From assembly GCF_002105155.1 (NCBI RefSeq), contig NW_019029012.1, forward strand, positions 62,001-126,000: a DNA stretch of 64,000 nt, written 5' to 3'. This document shows, one piece after another, positions 1 through 11,048 of the stretch. Under the pieces are notes generated by a model that saw nothing but the letters and a program-made list of their open reading frames with translations, was not told the origin of the DNA and did not search any database. How positions within the stretch are numbered: position 1 is the stretch's first letter; every line of letters starts with the position of its first letter. Made by a program: the position numbers and the translations under genes. The DNA comes from Lobosporangium transversale (Eukaryota).

Positions 1-798
1 TTTGAGAATCTTTTGCCCTCCTCATCAGAGACAGGGGAAAGAAGTCGTCAATAAGTCAGAGAGTGGTAATGTGTCTGTGGCTGGACTAAAAATAAAAAAT
101 TGTGTCTAGGATCGGCGTAACCCTAAAACAAAAAGTACCATGCCTGTAAACAGAACAAAGGGCGTAGAGATGGGCTTGGGCTATACAATCTTTTTTTTGC
201 TTTTGCCCACTTGTTTGCTGTTTATCCATCTTGTCATGATGGATGGTAAAAAAAAAAAAAAAAAAAAAAAAATCATGCAAACACATTAGCATGTGAGGGG
301 CAGAGGAAATATGAACTACGAGAAAAATGATTCTTTTATTTCTATAAAACCTTACAACCCTTTGACTTTTTCTTATTGCTTATCCAGCTCGATCATCTGT
401 AATTCGTCCAAGATCCAAGATCCAGAACCGTTTGCCCACCTTTCAAATAAAATTATACTTTTTTAATTCGTGCAGAGATGTGTTCCTTCTACTTGATTTT
501 ACCATTTGCGGAAAAGAGATTACACCAATCCGGTTAGACCGGCCGGTGTAGTAGATACTCTGTTCATTATTTGGGAAGAAGCTAACCATTCTCTCATCTA
601 TCCATGATTTAGACGGACAAGTGGGTGGACAAAATTGCAAGGTTACAAAAATTATGGGCCGTGCGTCCACTCTGTACTTTTTATTTTAGACGTGTTGTTT
701 ATGATGACGATCTAAAAAAAAAAATGCTTTGTTTATCTTGCCAAATTGGTATATTTCTATAATTGCTTTGTAAAACGATCTTTGTCCCTCACGTTTAA

Positions 799-829
<31 letters not shown>

Positions 830-882
830 GTAATAAATGGTGGTTTGTGGAAGGAGAGCTTTTTTTTTTTTTTTTTTTTTCT

Positions 883-1685
883 TCAAAGACGAGGAGTCCC
901 TTGCTGAGCTCTTCGTTGCTTTTCAAGATCAGCTTGTAATTGCACCATTTCCTTATACCACATCCTGCCGGATTCGTATTTCAGTTTCCTAAACCTAGAC
1001 TTGAGTATACCACCGATGACGTGCAAATGAAGATGATCGATCGAGTTGAACGGAGGAACATGAAAGCCTAGTCTGGAATATGAAAACGAGGGTTTATCAT
1101 CGTTCCAGTTTCAAGTTAATTAGTATTCCCTTTCTTCATCTCATACCTGTCTTTTATTAGTCATGCAAATGTCACCCAAAAAAAAAAAAAAAAAAAAAAA
1201 AGAATGTAAAAACGAAAGAGAAAGAATGAAGCAAAAAAAAAAAAAAAAGAACTCACTTTGATGTTTCGGGATCATGACCACGTTCTCGAAGGAGCTCAAT
1301 ACCCTTTTGCTTCATCTTTTCAAGCAGATCAGCATGCTCAACGGTTACGGTCTTGATGTTATCAATGTGAACCACAGGTACAATCAAGATATGGGTATCA
1401 GCGGCTGGGTTAATATCATTGAACGCAGCAATATCGTCATCCTAAATAGATCAAAGAACAGACGCGTCAGTTTGTTAGTTTGTTAGTTTGCTAGTTTGTT
1501 AATTAGTGGTCACAGGACACAGAATAGGAATGTGCAATGCCAGTTCATGTATTTTTTATATTTATTAATGTGAACCTCTTCCTCCTCCTAAAACATGCCT
1601 TATAGATGAGTTTGTTCGGAATCTTGCCCTCCACAATCTCACAAAAGATGCATGGACGACAAAGAATCTTTTCGAGAAGCGTCAT
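883..1685 (-). CDS. HIT-family nucleotide hydrolase (HINT3-like), 3 exons, 153 aa; not in the supplied ORF track
   Basis: Exons 1685-1599, 1441-1257 and 1072-883 splice to MTLLEKILCRPCIFCEIVEGKIPNKLIYKDDDIAAFNDINPAADTHILIVP...LGFHVPPFNSIDHLHLHVIGG...GTPRL*. It has the CIFC start, DINPAA.THIL and the HxHxH triad. The first intron has a GC donor. Confidence 0.92.
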
Positions 1686-1873
1686 TGTGGGGGACTATTT
1701 AATAAATAGAATAAAATAAAATAAACCTATGCGCTATGAATGACACACACTACACAACAAGAAATAAGTCTTCACTTTCACTGTTCGTTGTTGCTGTTGC
1801 TGTTACTGGAACTGAAGAAAGAGCGGATTGAGAGGGAGAGAATAGTAGAGAATAGTAGAGCAAGATGTAGGTG

Positions 1874-1968
1874 GGCTCGTCGCCAGGACGAAGTTCATGT
1901 GCACATGCACATGCTGAAAGGCAAATGTGGCTTACTCTTGCAGACACTTCTCTCAGGCTACAAAACTT
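1874..1968 (+). repeat. Left copy of an inverted repeat (partner at 10942-11048)
   Basis: ggctcgtcgccaggacgaagttcatgtgcacatgcacatgctgaaaggcaaatgtggcttactcttgcagacacttctctcaggct aligns to the reverse complement of 10954-11048 with a few substitutions and short indels. Confidence 0.9.
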
Positions 1969-1970
1969 AG

Positions 1971-3036
1971 TTTCACTCCTTCACTAAGCTTAGAAAACCG
2001 CAAGCAGATATTGTTGTTCAATTGAAGGTCACCCTATACATATACTTGCCCATGATGGATCCCATACCTCAGATGGTGCTCTGTCTCGAATGTTATGTGT
2101 TTCCGTTGGATCATTGGTAAAATATTATCAGCGATGTATTACAACCATATGCTCCTTGGTCCTAATGTTCGTGTCTTGGCCAAACGCGGAAGAAAGGTCA
2201 TGGATCAAGGGCCAATTTCAAAAAAAGCATGACTTCCCTGGCCTGCTTGGCTCTATTGATGGGACTACCTTTCCATTTTTTCGAGCACCTTCATATGACA
2301 AGGATGGCTGGATTACAAGGCATGGTGACTTTGTCATGGGAGCTACTGCTGTGTGTGACCATCGCTCGGCATTTATATTTTTTGCGACGGGGTATCCTGG
2401 AAGATGCCATGATTCTTCGGCGTACAAATTTACACACCTATATACACACAAAGACAGGTACTTTTCAGAAGGCGAGTACATCATCGGCAATGTGGCATAC
2501 TGCCTTACCCTACCTTTATAACAGGATTCAATGGCCAAACTCGAAGAGACGAGAAAAGGTTTAATGTAATGCTTAGCTCAGCTAGGACATACATAGAGCA
2601 TGCATTTGGATTGCTCAAAGGAAGGTGGAAGTCTCTAAACTCTTTAAGAATCAACATAGTCAATCGTCAACCCGTTAATCAGGCTAATATGCATATTTCT
2701 GCATGTATTGTGCTGCACAACATTCTCAAGAAGCCAGAGATCCTTGATGTACACCAAGAGAATGTCCTTTTTCGTAATAATGTTAGGACAGGAGGCGATA
2801 GAGCTGAAATAAGAGGAGAGGAGATAAGGCTACTTCATGAAGGCCTTGAGCGAAGGCAAGTTGACTCAGAGCAAGGTGGGATTGCTGGTATCTTCAGTGA
2901 AGACATTGGTGGAAATATTGATGAAGACATTGATGATGGCATTGATATCCAATTGGCACCATCCCAGCTCAGAGAGTTACTATAGGCAGGAGTAGATAAA
3001 CGGCGGAGGCTCATGCAAATAGCATTAAACAGATGA
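1971..3036 (+). pseudogene. PIF/Harbinger DDE transposase (DDE_Tnp_4/HARBI1-like), 5'-truncated and inactivated
   Basis: Motifs are PQADIVVQLKVTLY, WPNAEER, FPGLLGSIDGT, GYPGRCHDS, YIIGNVAY (GD->GN at the catalytic Asp), FNVMLSSARTYIEHAFGLLKGRWKSL and ACIVLHN. There is a frameshift near 2510 and a premature TAG at 2983-2985 before the apparent natural TGA at 3034-3036. Confidence 0.9.
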
Positions 3037-3077
3037 GAACAGTCGCAAAAATACTATAAACATTTATTTAAAGCCTG

Positions 3078-3597
3078 CTATGGAGACCATCTTGATGAGC
3101 TATTTGAGCTATTTGGAGATGATTTTCTTCTTTCAATAAAAATTGATTCTCTTTTTTCGGAGGCCTCTCGTTTCAACCTAGCCTTCATCATTTCGACTTC
3201 AAGCATTCTTAGCACTGCTGTTGCTTTTGCTGTGTCCGCCTCTGCTTTTGCTTTCTCTGCTTCTGCTTCTGCCTTCATTGCTTCTGCCAATACCTTCTCT
3301 GATTCTGCCAATACCTTCTTCATCTCCAGATAAATCAACTGTTGCTGAATCTCTATTTTTTTTTTCTCCATTTCTTGTTGCTCATCTTATTTTTCGATCA
3401 ATATTTGCATAATATCTAACATTTCAACACCACCTCCTCCGCGCTTATGCTTTGTCTTTGCTGATTGTTCAGACTCCAGTTGCCGCTTCTTTGCTCCTTG
3501 TAGACTCACCTTTATGGCATCGTTGTCATCATCTTTCCCACTATTCTCACTGTCACCATCTGAATCATCCACGGCCTCGACCTCGACCTCCTTTGGA
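3078..3597 (-). pseudogene. Probable Harbinger ORF2 (DNA-binding partner), C-terminal acidic and coiled-coil remnant
   Basis: Convergent with the transposase, as in two-gene PIF/Harbinger elements. ORFs 3387-3602 and 3078-3371 share a frame separated by one TAA. The 5' part is cut off at the MITE. No Myb/SANT domain is visible. Confidence 0.55.
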
Positions 3598-3599
3598 TA

Positions 3600-3703
3600 C
3601 AAGCAGTGTCCTATTCCAACTGAAATTTTGTCAATTATGATGTTTCAGATTAAAAAAATAAATATCAATTGACAAATTTCAGTTCGAATAGGAGCACTGC
3701 TTG
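3600..3703. mobile_element. ~104-bp MITE with ~37-bp terminal inverted repeats and TA flanks (Tc1/mariner-type signature)
   Basis: TA|caagcagtgtcctattccaactgaaattttgtcaatt ... aattgacaaatttcagttcgaataggagcactgcttg|TA. Confidence 0.75.
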
Positions 3704-4446
3704 TATGGTGCACAGGCACAACATCTTAATAGCATGATCAACTCAAGAGAATGTGTCAATATTCCTTCAAAAAGCTGAATGGCCTATATGAAGAATGAAC
3801 AAATATTGACAGGGTATATTGCCTCTGCTGCACAAGCAATGATAATAAACAGCCATTTTATGCAGGAATCCCATATAACACCGCACATATTGTATGTTAA
3901 CGATTGTCTTTATAGTAGTCCACTTGACTTTCAGTGGACATTCTAATAACAGTCCTGCACCGCTCTCAGGGGCTTAATTAGAATAGAAGCTTTTAAAGTT
4001 TTAAGGCTATCATAAACTGTAACCAAAGCTGTATTATAGTAAAAGCGGAAAAAGTGATCAGTTGACATCTGGCAAATTCAAATTTATAATCCTTTTCAAA
4101 TGCCCCCTTCAATGATCATTCCAGTCCTCCTGAGGAGCAGTTGTAAGCAGAGGAATGAGCAAGTAGAGTGTGAACAAACGTTTATCTGAGGGAGTTCTTC
4201 GCGCACTAAAAGATTGTGATTGGTTTTCACGTCACTATGACCAAGAAAATGGCACGTGGCTGATTTGAAAAAAATATTTTCTCACACATCGCCTTTCCTT
4301 TCTTTTTTTTTTTTGCCTTACACATTTTTCATTTTTGTTTTCATACAGCGACCACGGGTGAAAGAGTATAGAATACACCTTTGCCTATTTAACCATCATT
4401 CTCCCTGGATCTCAACCACACTCAGTCCCACTCATCTTAATTTTCA

Positions 4447-6896
4447 ATGGCCACCACAAGGAGCTCAACACAAAAAAACATGGCTGCAAATGATTCCACA
4501 GGGAGCCAAGCACAAAAAAAAATGGCTGCAAATGAGCCTGAGGATGTCTCCACACTCAATAAACGAAAAAGAGTAAACCAACACCCACAACGAAAAAAGC
4601 GCGCCATCCCACTGCTGCTGGAGCTGAACTGCGTTGTCGAGGGAGAAGCAACGTCGTTCCCAGTAGAGATTTCCTCCGATAAATCGGTCGGGATGCTCAA
4701 GCAAGCAATCTACCCCAATATTACTGTGGATCCAAGCACTAAGCCCAAGGATCTCACCCTCTACAAGGTCTCCATCCCTGACGAAGACAAGACTGTGGTT
4801 GAGTCGGAAATCAAGTCAAAAGAGGCTCTTACAGTCGCGTCAAAGGAGCTTTGGGACATATTTAATTCTGAACTTCCAGAGAAAACTATCCATGTTTTTG
4901 TCAAGCCACCACAGCGAGGTATATCCTTGGCTCTTGATGGACTGATTGTTGATAGTTCCAGCTGATGAAGCTTGGTTTGTATCTTAAACGGCCATGTGCA
5001 TAATATTACCATTTAGTTTGTGCCTTGATAACTCAGCGTTCTTTCTCATTATTCGCTTTTGATACTTAGCTCAGAAAAGAAAACAAGATGGAGATTCTGG
5101 TGAGTGCTTTTGGCTGAGAACCTGGTTATTGATCAATTTAGAGTGATGTGCAATAAATCAAAAATACTGACTTTGATCACTCTATCTCCTTTATCAGAGT
5201 CGCCCTCTAAAAAAGCTCGTCCAAGTATAAGTAGAGATGCTCTTAGGGATGCGATTACAGAAGCAGGGCTTGTAACGAAAGGGATAGTGGATGGTGACCC
5301 TGACATCTCGCCTCTCAACTCGAAAGAGAGGATCAAGGTGCTTTCGTACATGGGGACGGCATCAAGAGGTAGTATTTACCACAGCATTATTAGCGTGGCT
5401 CGCGAGCTCCGAAATTCTGGTGGTATCAAGGATTCCAAAATATTGACTGCTCCTGAGGGTCGTATCTTCCCTGTTGCCGAAACAAGACATCTTTATATCA
5501 GAGATGAATATAAAGAGCTTTATGACCATATTACGTCCAAATTCAGTACCCCTCATGGAGCTAGTTTGAACCAAATTTTTGTCACTGGAACGCCTGGAAT
5601 TGGGAAGTCAGCCTTTTTGGTCTATTTTGCCATCCGCCTCCTTGCAGAGCATGACGAGGAGAATCCACCGATTATTGTTTTCCATGAAAAGAAGAATACC
5701 GAATGTTATGCCTACGGAGGAACAACTTGCCAACGTTATGGGGAGAGAGTAGATTTCAAACCTTTTCTTGAGCAACCTGAAACGTGGTATTTAGTTGACA
5801 GTGGTAACCATCCTCAACCAGAACAAGCCAGGACGATATTTTCAGCATCACCAAAAACTCTCTATGGGCAGTACGATGAATTCACCAAGGGAACTTCATG
5901 CAGTAGCTACTATCACATGTCACCCTGGAGTTTGGACGAGCTTAAGGAATGTAGAGCCGATGTAAAGTTTTTTCATGTAGTGAGTGAAGAATTTTTGGAG
6001 GAGCTTTTTTACTTGTTGGGGGGAGTGCCAAGACAGGTCCTAAAGGCTCCAGCCATTGAACTATTCAATAATCAAGGAGATATTAAGGGTGCTAGAAAAA
6101 GTGCGTTTCAGTGTGTCAATGATGCCATTGGCGTAACCTGGCTCCCAAGAAATCTTTCAAACCTCTTTAGAGTAGGAGATGAAGCGGGTGGTCATTTACT
6201 CCATAGAGTTCCTACTTCTGACCACCTCGACTTCCACCTGGTATGGGCATCTCGTTGGGTCGAATCACAGATTATGGACAAAATAAAAGATAACACTTGG
6301 GTCGATGTGTTGGCGAGACTTGTCATAGGCGGAGAGGATATAGATAAAGGCCCACTGTTTGAAGTCTATGCTCATCACTTATTTCGATGTGGTGATATTA
6401 GATTTCCCTTTAGGGATCTCCAGTCAGGCGAAACAGGATTTCTTGATTTTCCAGCAAATCCAGAAGAGGTGTTTACCGGACTTCAGAGGAATTATCAAGG
6501 CTCACTCAAGCAGCTGGCAAGTTGTTTGTACCAGAACATTCTAAATTTCCGTGCATTGATTTTGCATTGGGACCCAACAAGCTATTTCAGGTCACAGTAT
6601 CAGAGGAGCATGCGATCAAGCAAGCACCATTCAAGGAGATAATTGATTGTATTACTGGACCCTGCTTGAAAGGAGACCAATCAAAGTCGAAGGGAAGTGA
6701 TGATACTATTTTCCTCTATTTTGTGGTGCCAGGAGACGTATATGACGATTTTAAAGTTCAGGACTTTCTTACCACCAGAAATACGGTCGTCCAGAATCCA
6801 TATAAATGCTTAAAACATGTAAGACAGCGTGTCATAAAAATCGACATCGAAGCTGCATATTCAGGAGGATCAGCCGGTACGAATCTGAAGAATTAA
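4447..6896 (+). CDS. Crinkler (CRN)-type protein: N-terminal Ubl header, P-loop NTPase, C-terminal restriction-endonuclease-like domain; one frameshift near 6472
   Basis: Exons are 4447-4918, 5070-5099 and 5198-6896. The header reads LNCVVEGE..FPVEI...VGMLKQAI...LTLYKV...IHVFVKPP (CRN LFLAK/HVLVxxP equivalents). Walker A is GTPGIGKS, followed by YLVDS, PWSLDEL, GGVPRQVL, GPLFEVYAH and FPCIDF...FQVTVSEEHAIK. One extra T in gtgtttaccgg would join the two ORFs. Confidence 0.85.
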
Positions 6897-7189
6897 ATCG
6901 AATAGCAATCAAGTGGATGAAATCTTGTCTTTTTTTTAAAAAAGCATTATACCCGTTCCTTGAGAAATTTTTACAATGGTTCATTCTTTATGAATGAAGC
7001 CATCATTATCCACTTACCTTCTAGACGAATAAAAAGAGCGGTTTAATCCGTCGTCCCTTCTACTGGGGCATTTAGAACTTTATAAAGCTGTGATCATTAT
7101 GCGACCTTGTGACAGTATATAGCCTTAAGCCTATAAAAAGGCTTGTTTTAATAATTATAATAAAATCATCTTTTGTCTCTCTTAATTAT

Positions 7190-9813
7190 TACAGATCTTG
7201 TGTGCAAGAAAAGGCAGGACTTTGTGATACTAATATCAAAGAGTTTTGTAAAAACGGATAGAGATGAAGAATCCTGTGGAGAACCCAGTGAGAGTCTGAT
7301 GATGAGACCCAAAATCATATTATTATCACCAGGACAGCTGGCATAGGAAATTATCCTTTCTCGTATGCTTTGTCATCTGGATGCTTGCCACTTGCGAAAG
7401 ACCTATCAATTATCATCATCCAGGGCGCCAAAACGTTTACCGGGAGCTAGGATGACAGCTCCACTCTAAAGACATAAATGTCCCATGGTGCGCGTGCATG
7501 GGATGGCAACCTGTGGCCAATGAGATCATATTTGTTGTATGTTCGGCCAATTCAGTGTCAGTATGTGAAGGCGGCGCGTCTTGAATCTCTAGGCGTCCAG
7601 GGACATGGAATAAAAAAACATCAAGAATGTGGCCAAGGCTGCCACGCGCTTGACCGGTAAAATGTGATACAATTTTGGATTGTGTCGTCGTCAATATATT
7701 AATATTTCTCGGTATATTAATGCTACATGCTGTTGAGGGCATCAATCTCGCCAGAATCATTCCCTCTCACATCAGTTACCTTGGGAGCCATGCTAGACGG
7801 ATGGGAGATTAGGAGGAAAGGTCCTTGATGTCTGGGATATCCACGCTTGTTTATAATCTCACCAAATGTTCTGTGTCTTGCGTTCATAGGCGGTTAATCG
7901 CAGTTTGGTTTTCGTATACCCCTTGAAGAACGTAAGCAAAAATGCCTTTATGTTTTATATTTGATACTCATCAATTTACCCTTTTTACTTGTCCGAAGGT
8001 AGAATGACGCCTAGCCAATGGATGCTATTGCAAGTGTGTCCACAGGTCCTTGGAGAAATTCATTGAGGAAACTCGGTTCCATCCAGGACAGATTTATTCC
8101 TAGCGTTCTTCACAAAAGTAGCAGAATTACTTGGTGGAGTTGGCTTTAATTGCCTTGACAAGCTCCTGCAAGATTGGTTTGACAATCTAATCAGGGTCCT
8201 TTCGGAGCGGCATCAAAGCAACTCTAGGTTTTTGGTTGTTTTGAACGAGGCGCAGGATATGGGGAGGGGAGGCTAAATACCAGTGTATTAATAACGACGA
8301 CACTATGCGACGAATATTATCAGCATTCTTTCATGGATTGGAGGGTTTATCAGAGGATTCACCACGAATTTGCATAGTTCCTTGCGGGATAGGCTTTTGT
8401 ATTTATGATCCTGCTTGGGTTAAGGGAACTGGCAAAGCTTCAAGGAATATCGAGAAGTTCTCGATGACTCGAGGTTCAAGAGTGCAGTATCGTTTCCTAG
8501 ATGGGATAATCAAGCAAAAGTCCGGACATACTTCAAGACACTTGTGCGATATTTGGAGAAATAAAGTTACTCAAGCTCTGCATCAAAGCGGAGAGGCCAT
8601 TTTAATGATCAAGCAATCGAGATGCTATATGCTTGGCCCTGTGGTCGTCTCCGTCCAATGATCACAATAATAGAAAACCTCATTGGACGTGCCGATGCAG
8701 GCCTTGGAAGCAAGAAATCAAGGGCCTGGTGTGGTCGCTCACTGATCCGGGATATAAAGAATCTGGTAACCTATGCCATTAGTAATCTAGAATTCTGAAG
8801 CGTATTAACAAAGGGGATGCAGGAATTAAAACCAATGTCGACATCAGGGAAACCTTCGGTCGAACCGTAAAGAATGAATAGATTACTATATAGTAAGGAC
8901 TTGATATTGGAGCACAATGAGCCTGTTCCGGTCGAGGCTTCGTTTGCTCGAATTGTCGTTAATCAAAGGAAGAAGGAGTTTACAATTATCGTTGAGCCAA
9001 TATCATTTATAGCAGCAATTAACTTGTTTGAAGTGGATGACCCTTGATTGGCTAAATTGGTTAATAGTGTGTTGCTAGACGCCCCTACGTCTGGCACAAA
9101 GGGCACACATTATGAGTATTTCAGAATTACAACAATGAACGAATTCTTAGATACTTACTGTAACAAAGACTCCATACATGAATCCAAGTTAATCTCGCTC
9201 TTTTTTGTTTCCAAAAGAGAACCCACCTGGACCAGATATCGTCTTTGTACTAGAATCGGAGGGTAAATATTATCCTGGTTCCGTACAGTCAAAAATCGGC
9301 GATAAGGTCAAGAATTAAGGATGCCCACAATACAACTTGCCATAATTGCATCAAAGAACACCTCTCATCACCGTCTTCTCTCGGCTTTTGCTCGAATGGC
9401 ATATCCTTGTTGCTGTTGTTTAGACCTTACTTATCACGTTGCCTTATCATGTTGTCTTATCACGAACAGGGTGATTATTCGCTAGCTAAAGTCAAAGAAG
9501 CCCCTGTCATCAAAGACAAACGAATAGAAACGACGTACTCAATATTAGCTTGTTGAACTTCCTTGAAAGTGCAAGGGAGTCCCTCAAGAAGTCAGAATTG
9601 ACTCGAGCTGTGGAGGATGAGGGAGAAGGAAGCAAGCCCAAAGAACCACAGGCAAGGGGGACATCAAGTGAATTGTCGATAAAGCTCAAGCTATGGAATA
9701 GGGAAGAACTGCGCAAACCCGGTGGATCAAATAAAAGAAAAAGTGAGTCGACTCAAGCGGAGGACGACAAGTCCAATAGGCCAAGCAGGGATAAGGGACC
9801 AAGGAAAAAGTAG
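7190..9813 (+). pseudogene. Heavily decayed second CR-like NTPase/nuclease effector gene of a different subfamily
   Basis: Collinear fragments broken by many stops and frameshifts: TPSQWMLLQVCP, VVLNEAQ (Walker B-like), RRILSAFFHGL, IVPCGIG, GRLRPMITIIENL, GNLC, VEASFARI, TIIVEP..IAAINLF...DP, and a basic C-terminus at 9550-9813. Boundaries are approximate. Confidence 0.55.
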
Positions 9814-9974
9814 CGATCGTTTCTTTTACTTCTTTTTACTCGCCATTGTTTATGACAATGGCACAGACACAATTTTGTAATATAGCACTAATAGATAAAT
9901 TAAAATATCGCTATTCAATAAACCTGAGCAAGGAGAAGTGAGCACACCAAGCGGATTGCCGCAGCTGCATCATC

Positions 9975-10520
9975 AGAATTTTCTCAAGCAGGTGGCAAGT
10001 TGTTTCTATTGTTTATTCCTATCTTTCCACCCATAAGTTTTGTGTTGGGGCCCGACAAGCCATTCCAGGTCACATCAGAGGAGCATTCGATCAAGCAAGC
10101 ATCATTCAAGGAGATGATTGATAATATTTACTGGATCATGCTTGAAGAGAAACCGATCAAACCTCGGAGAAAAGTGACAATATTACATTCCTCCGTTCCA
10201 TGGTCCCAGGCGACATACACGTCAAGCTTAAAGTTTAGGAGCTCGTTATCAACAACGATCAGAGTGTTAAGGCAACACCTAGATATTTAAAACATGCGGG
10301 ACAGCATGTCATAAAAACTCGCATCAATACCGCATATGCAGGAGGATCGCCGAGGTTCAAGCATGAAGAAAAGAGTCGAATGTCAATCAAGTGAAAGGAA
10401 TTTTGTCTTGTAATGAAAATACCATATCTATTGAGTATCCTTTACAATCCTTCATCCTTTATGAACGAAGCCATCACTATCCACTTGCCCTTTTGACAAA
10501 CGGGATGGCGCTTTTTAATC
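9975..10520 (+). pseudogene. Degenerate direct copy of the 3' end and 3' flank of the CRN gene (about 6500-7050)
   Basis: LGPDKPFQVT-SEEHSIKQASFKEMID matches LGPNKLFQVTVSEEHAIKQAPFKEIID. Downstream tatgaacgaagccatcactatccacttgccc matches tatgaatgaagccatcattatccacttacct. Confidence 0.85.
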
Positions 10521-10941
10521 GGTCCTACACACACCCAAATCACTAGCCTCATTTTTACCAATCATCTCTTGTTTCCATCATCTGCATTGCCATCTATTAT
10601 TCTAACATTTTATTATTCTAACATTTGAATCTACTCCACAATTCTCGTTTCCATCTCTCTGACCTTATTAAGCACACTATCTTAATTAAAGGTAATTAAT
10701 TGATTAATTAGAGCATGATGACTCTTTTTACGCGAAATATACCATTCTTTTTTCTCATTCCTCGTTCGTTCTCAATCAAATCAATATCCTAGTCTGGACT
10801 TTGAAAAAAAAAAAAAAAAAAAAAAAAAAGCCATTTTCTGTGGCGAGAATGGCAGAAAAAAAAAGAGCCTTTCCTAGCGGTGTGTTTGACTTGGAAATTT
10901 TTTCAAATTTAAAAAAAAAGAGACCTCCCAGCCAAAATGTC

Positions 10942-11048
10942 AAGTTTGGTCCCAGCCTGAGAGAGTAAGTGTCTGCCAGAGCAAGACACGTTTGCCTTTC
11001 AGCATGTGCATGTGCACATAAACTTCGTCCTCAGGCTGGTGACGAGTC
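10942..11048 (-). repeat. Right copy of the inverted repeat; itself has internal inverted ends (ccagcctgag...ctcaggctgg)
   Basis: The reverse complement matches 1874-1968. It is followed by TAA. Confidence 0.9.

Larger units (their letters stand above)
1874..11048. mobile_element. Candidate composite PIF/Harbinger-derived element carrying Crinkler-like cargo
   Basis: The inverted repeat pair encloses Harbinger transposase and ORF2 relics plus CRN genes. TAA follows the right end but there is no matching left TSD, so the boundaries are inferred. Confidence 0.5.

Noticed and set aside
1..670. Short minus-strand ORFs and possible splice sites
   Set aside because: No coherent spliced reading frame or recognisable motif. 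It may be UTR of a gene outside the window.
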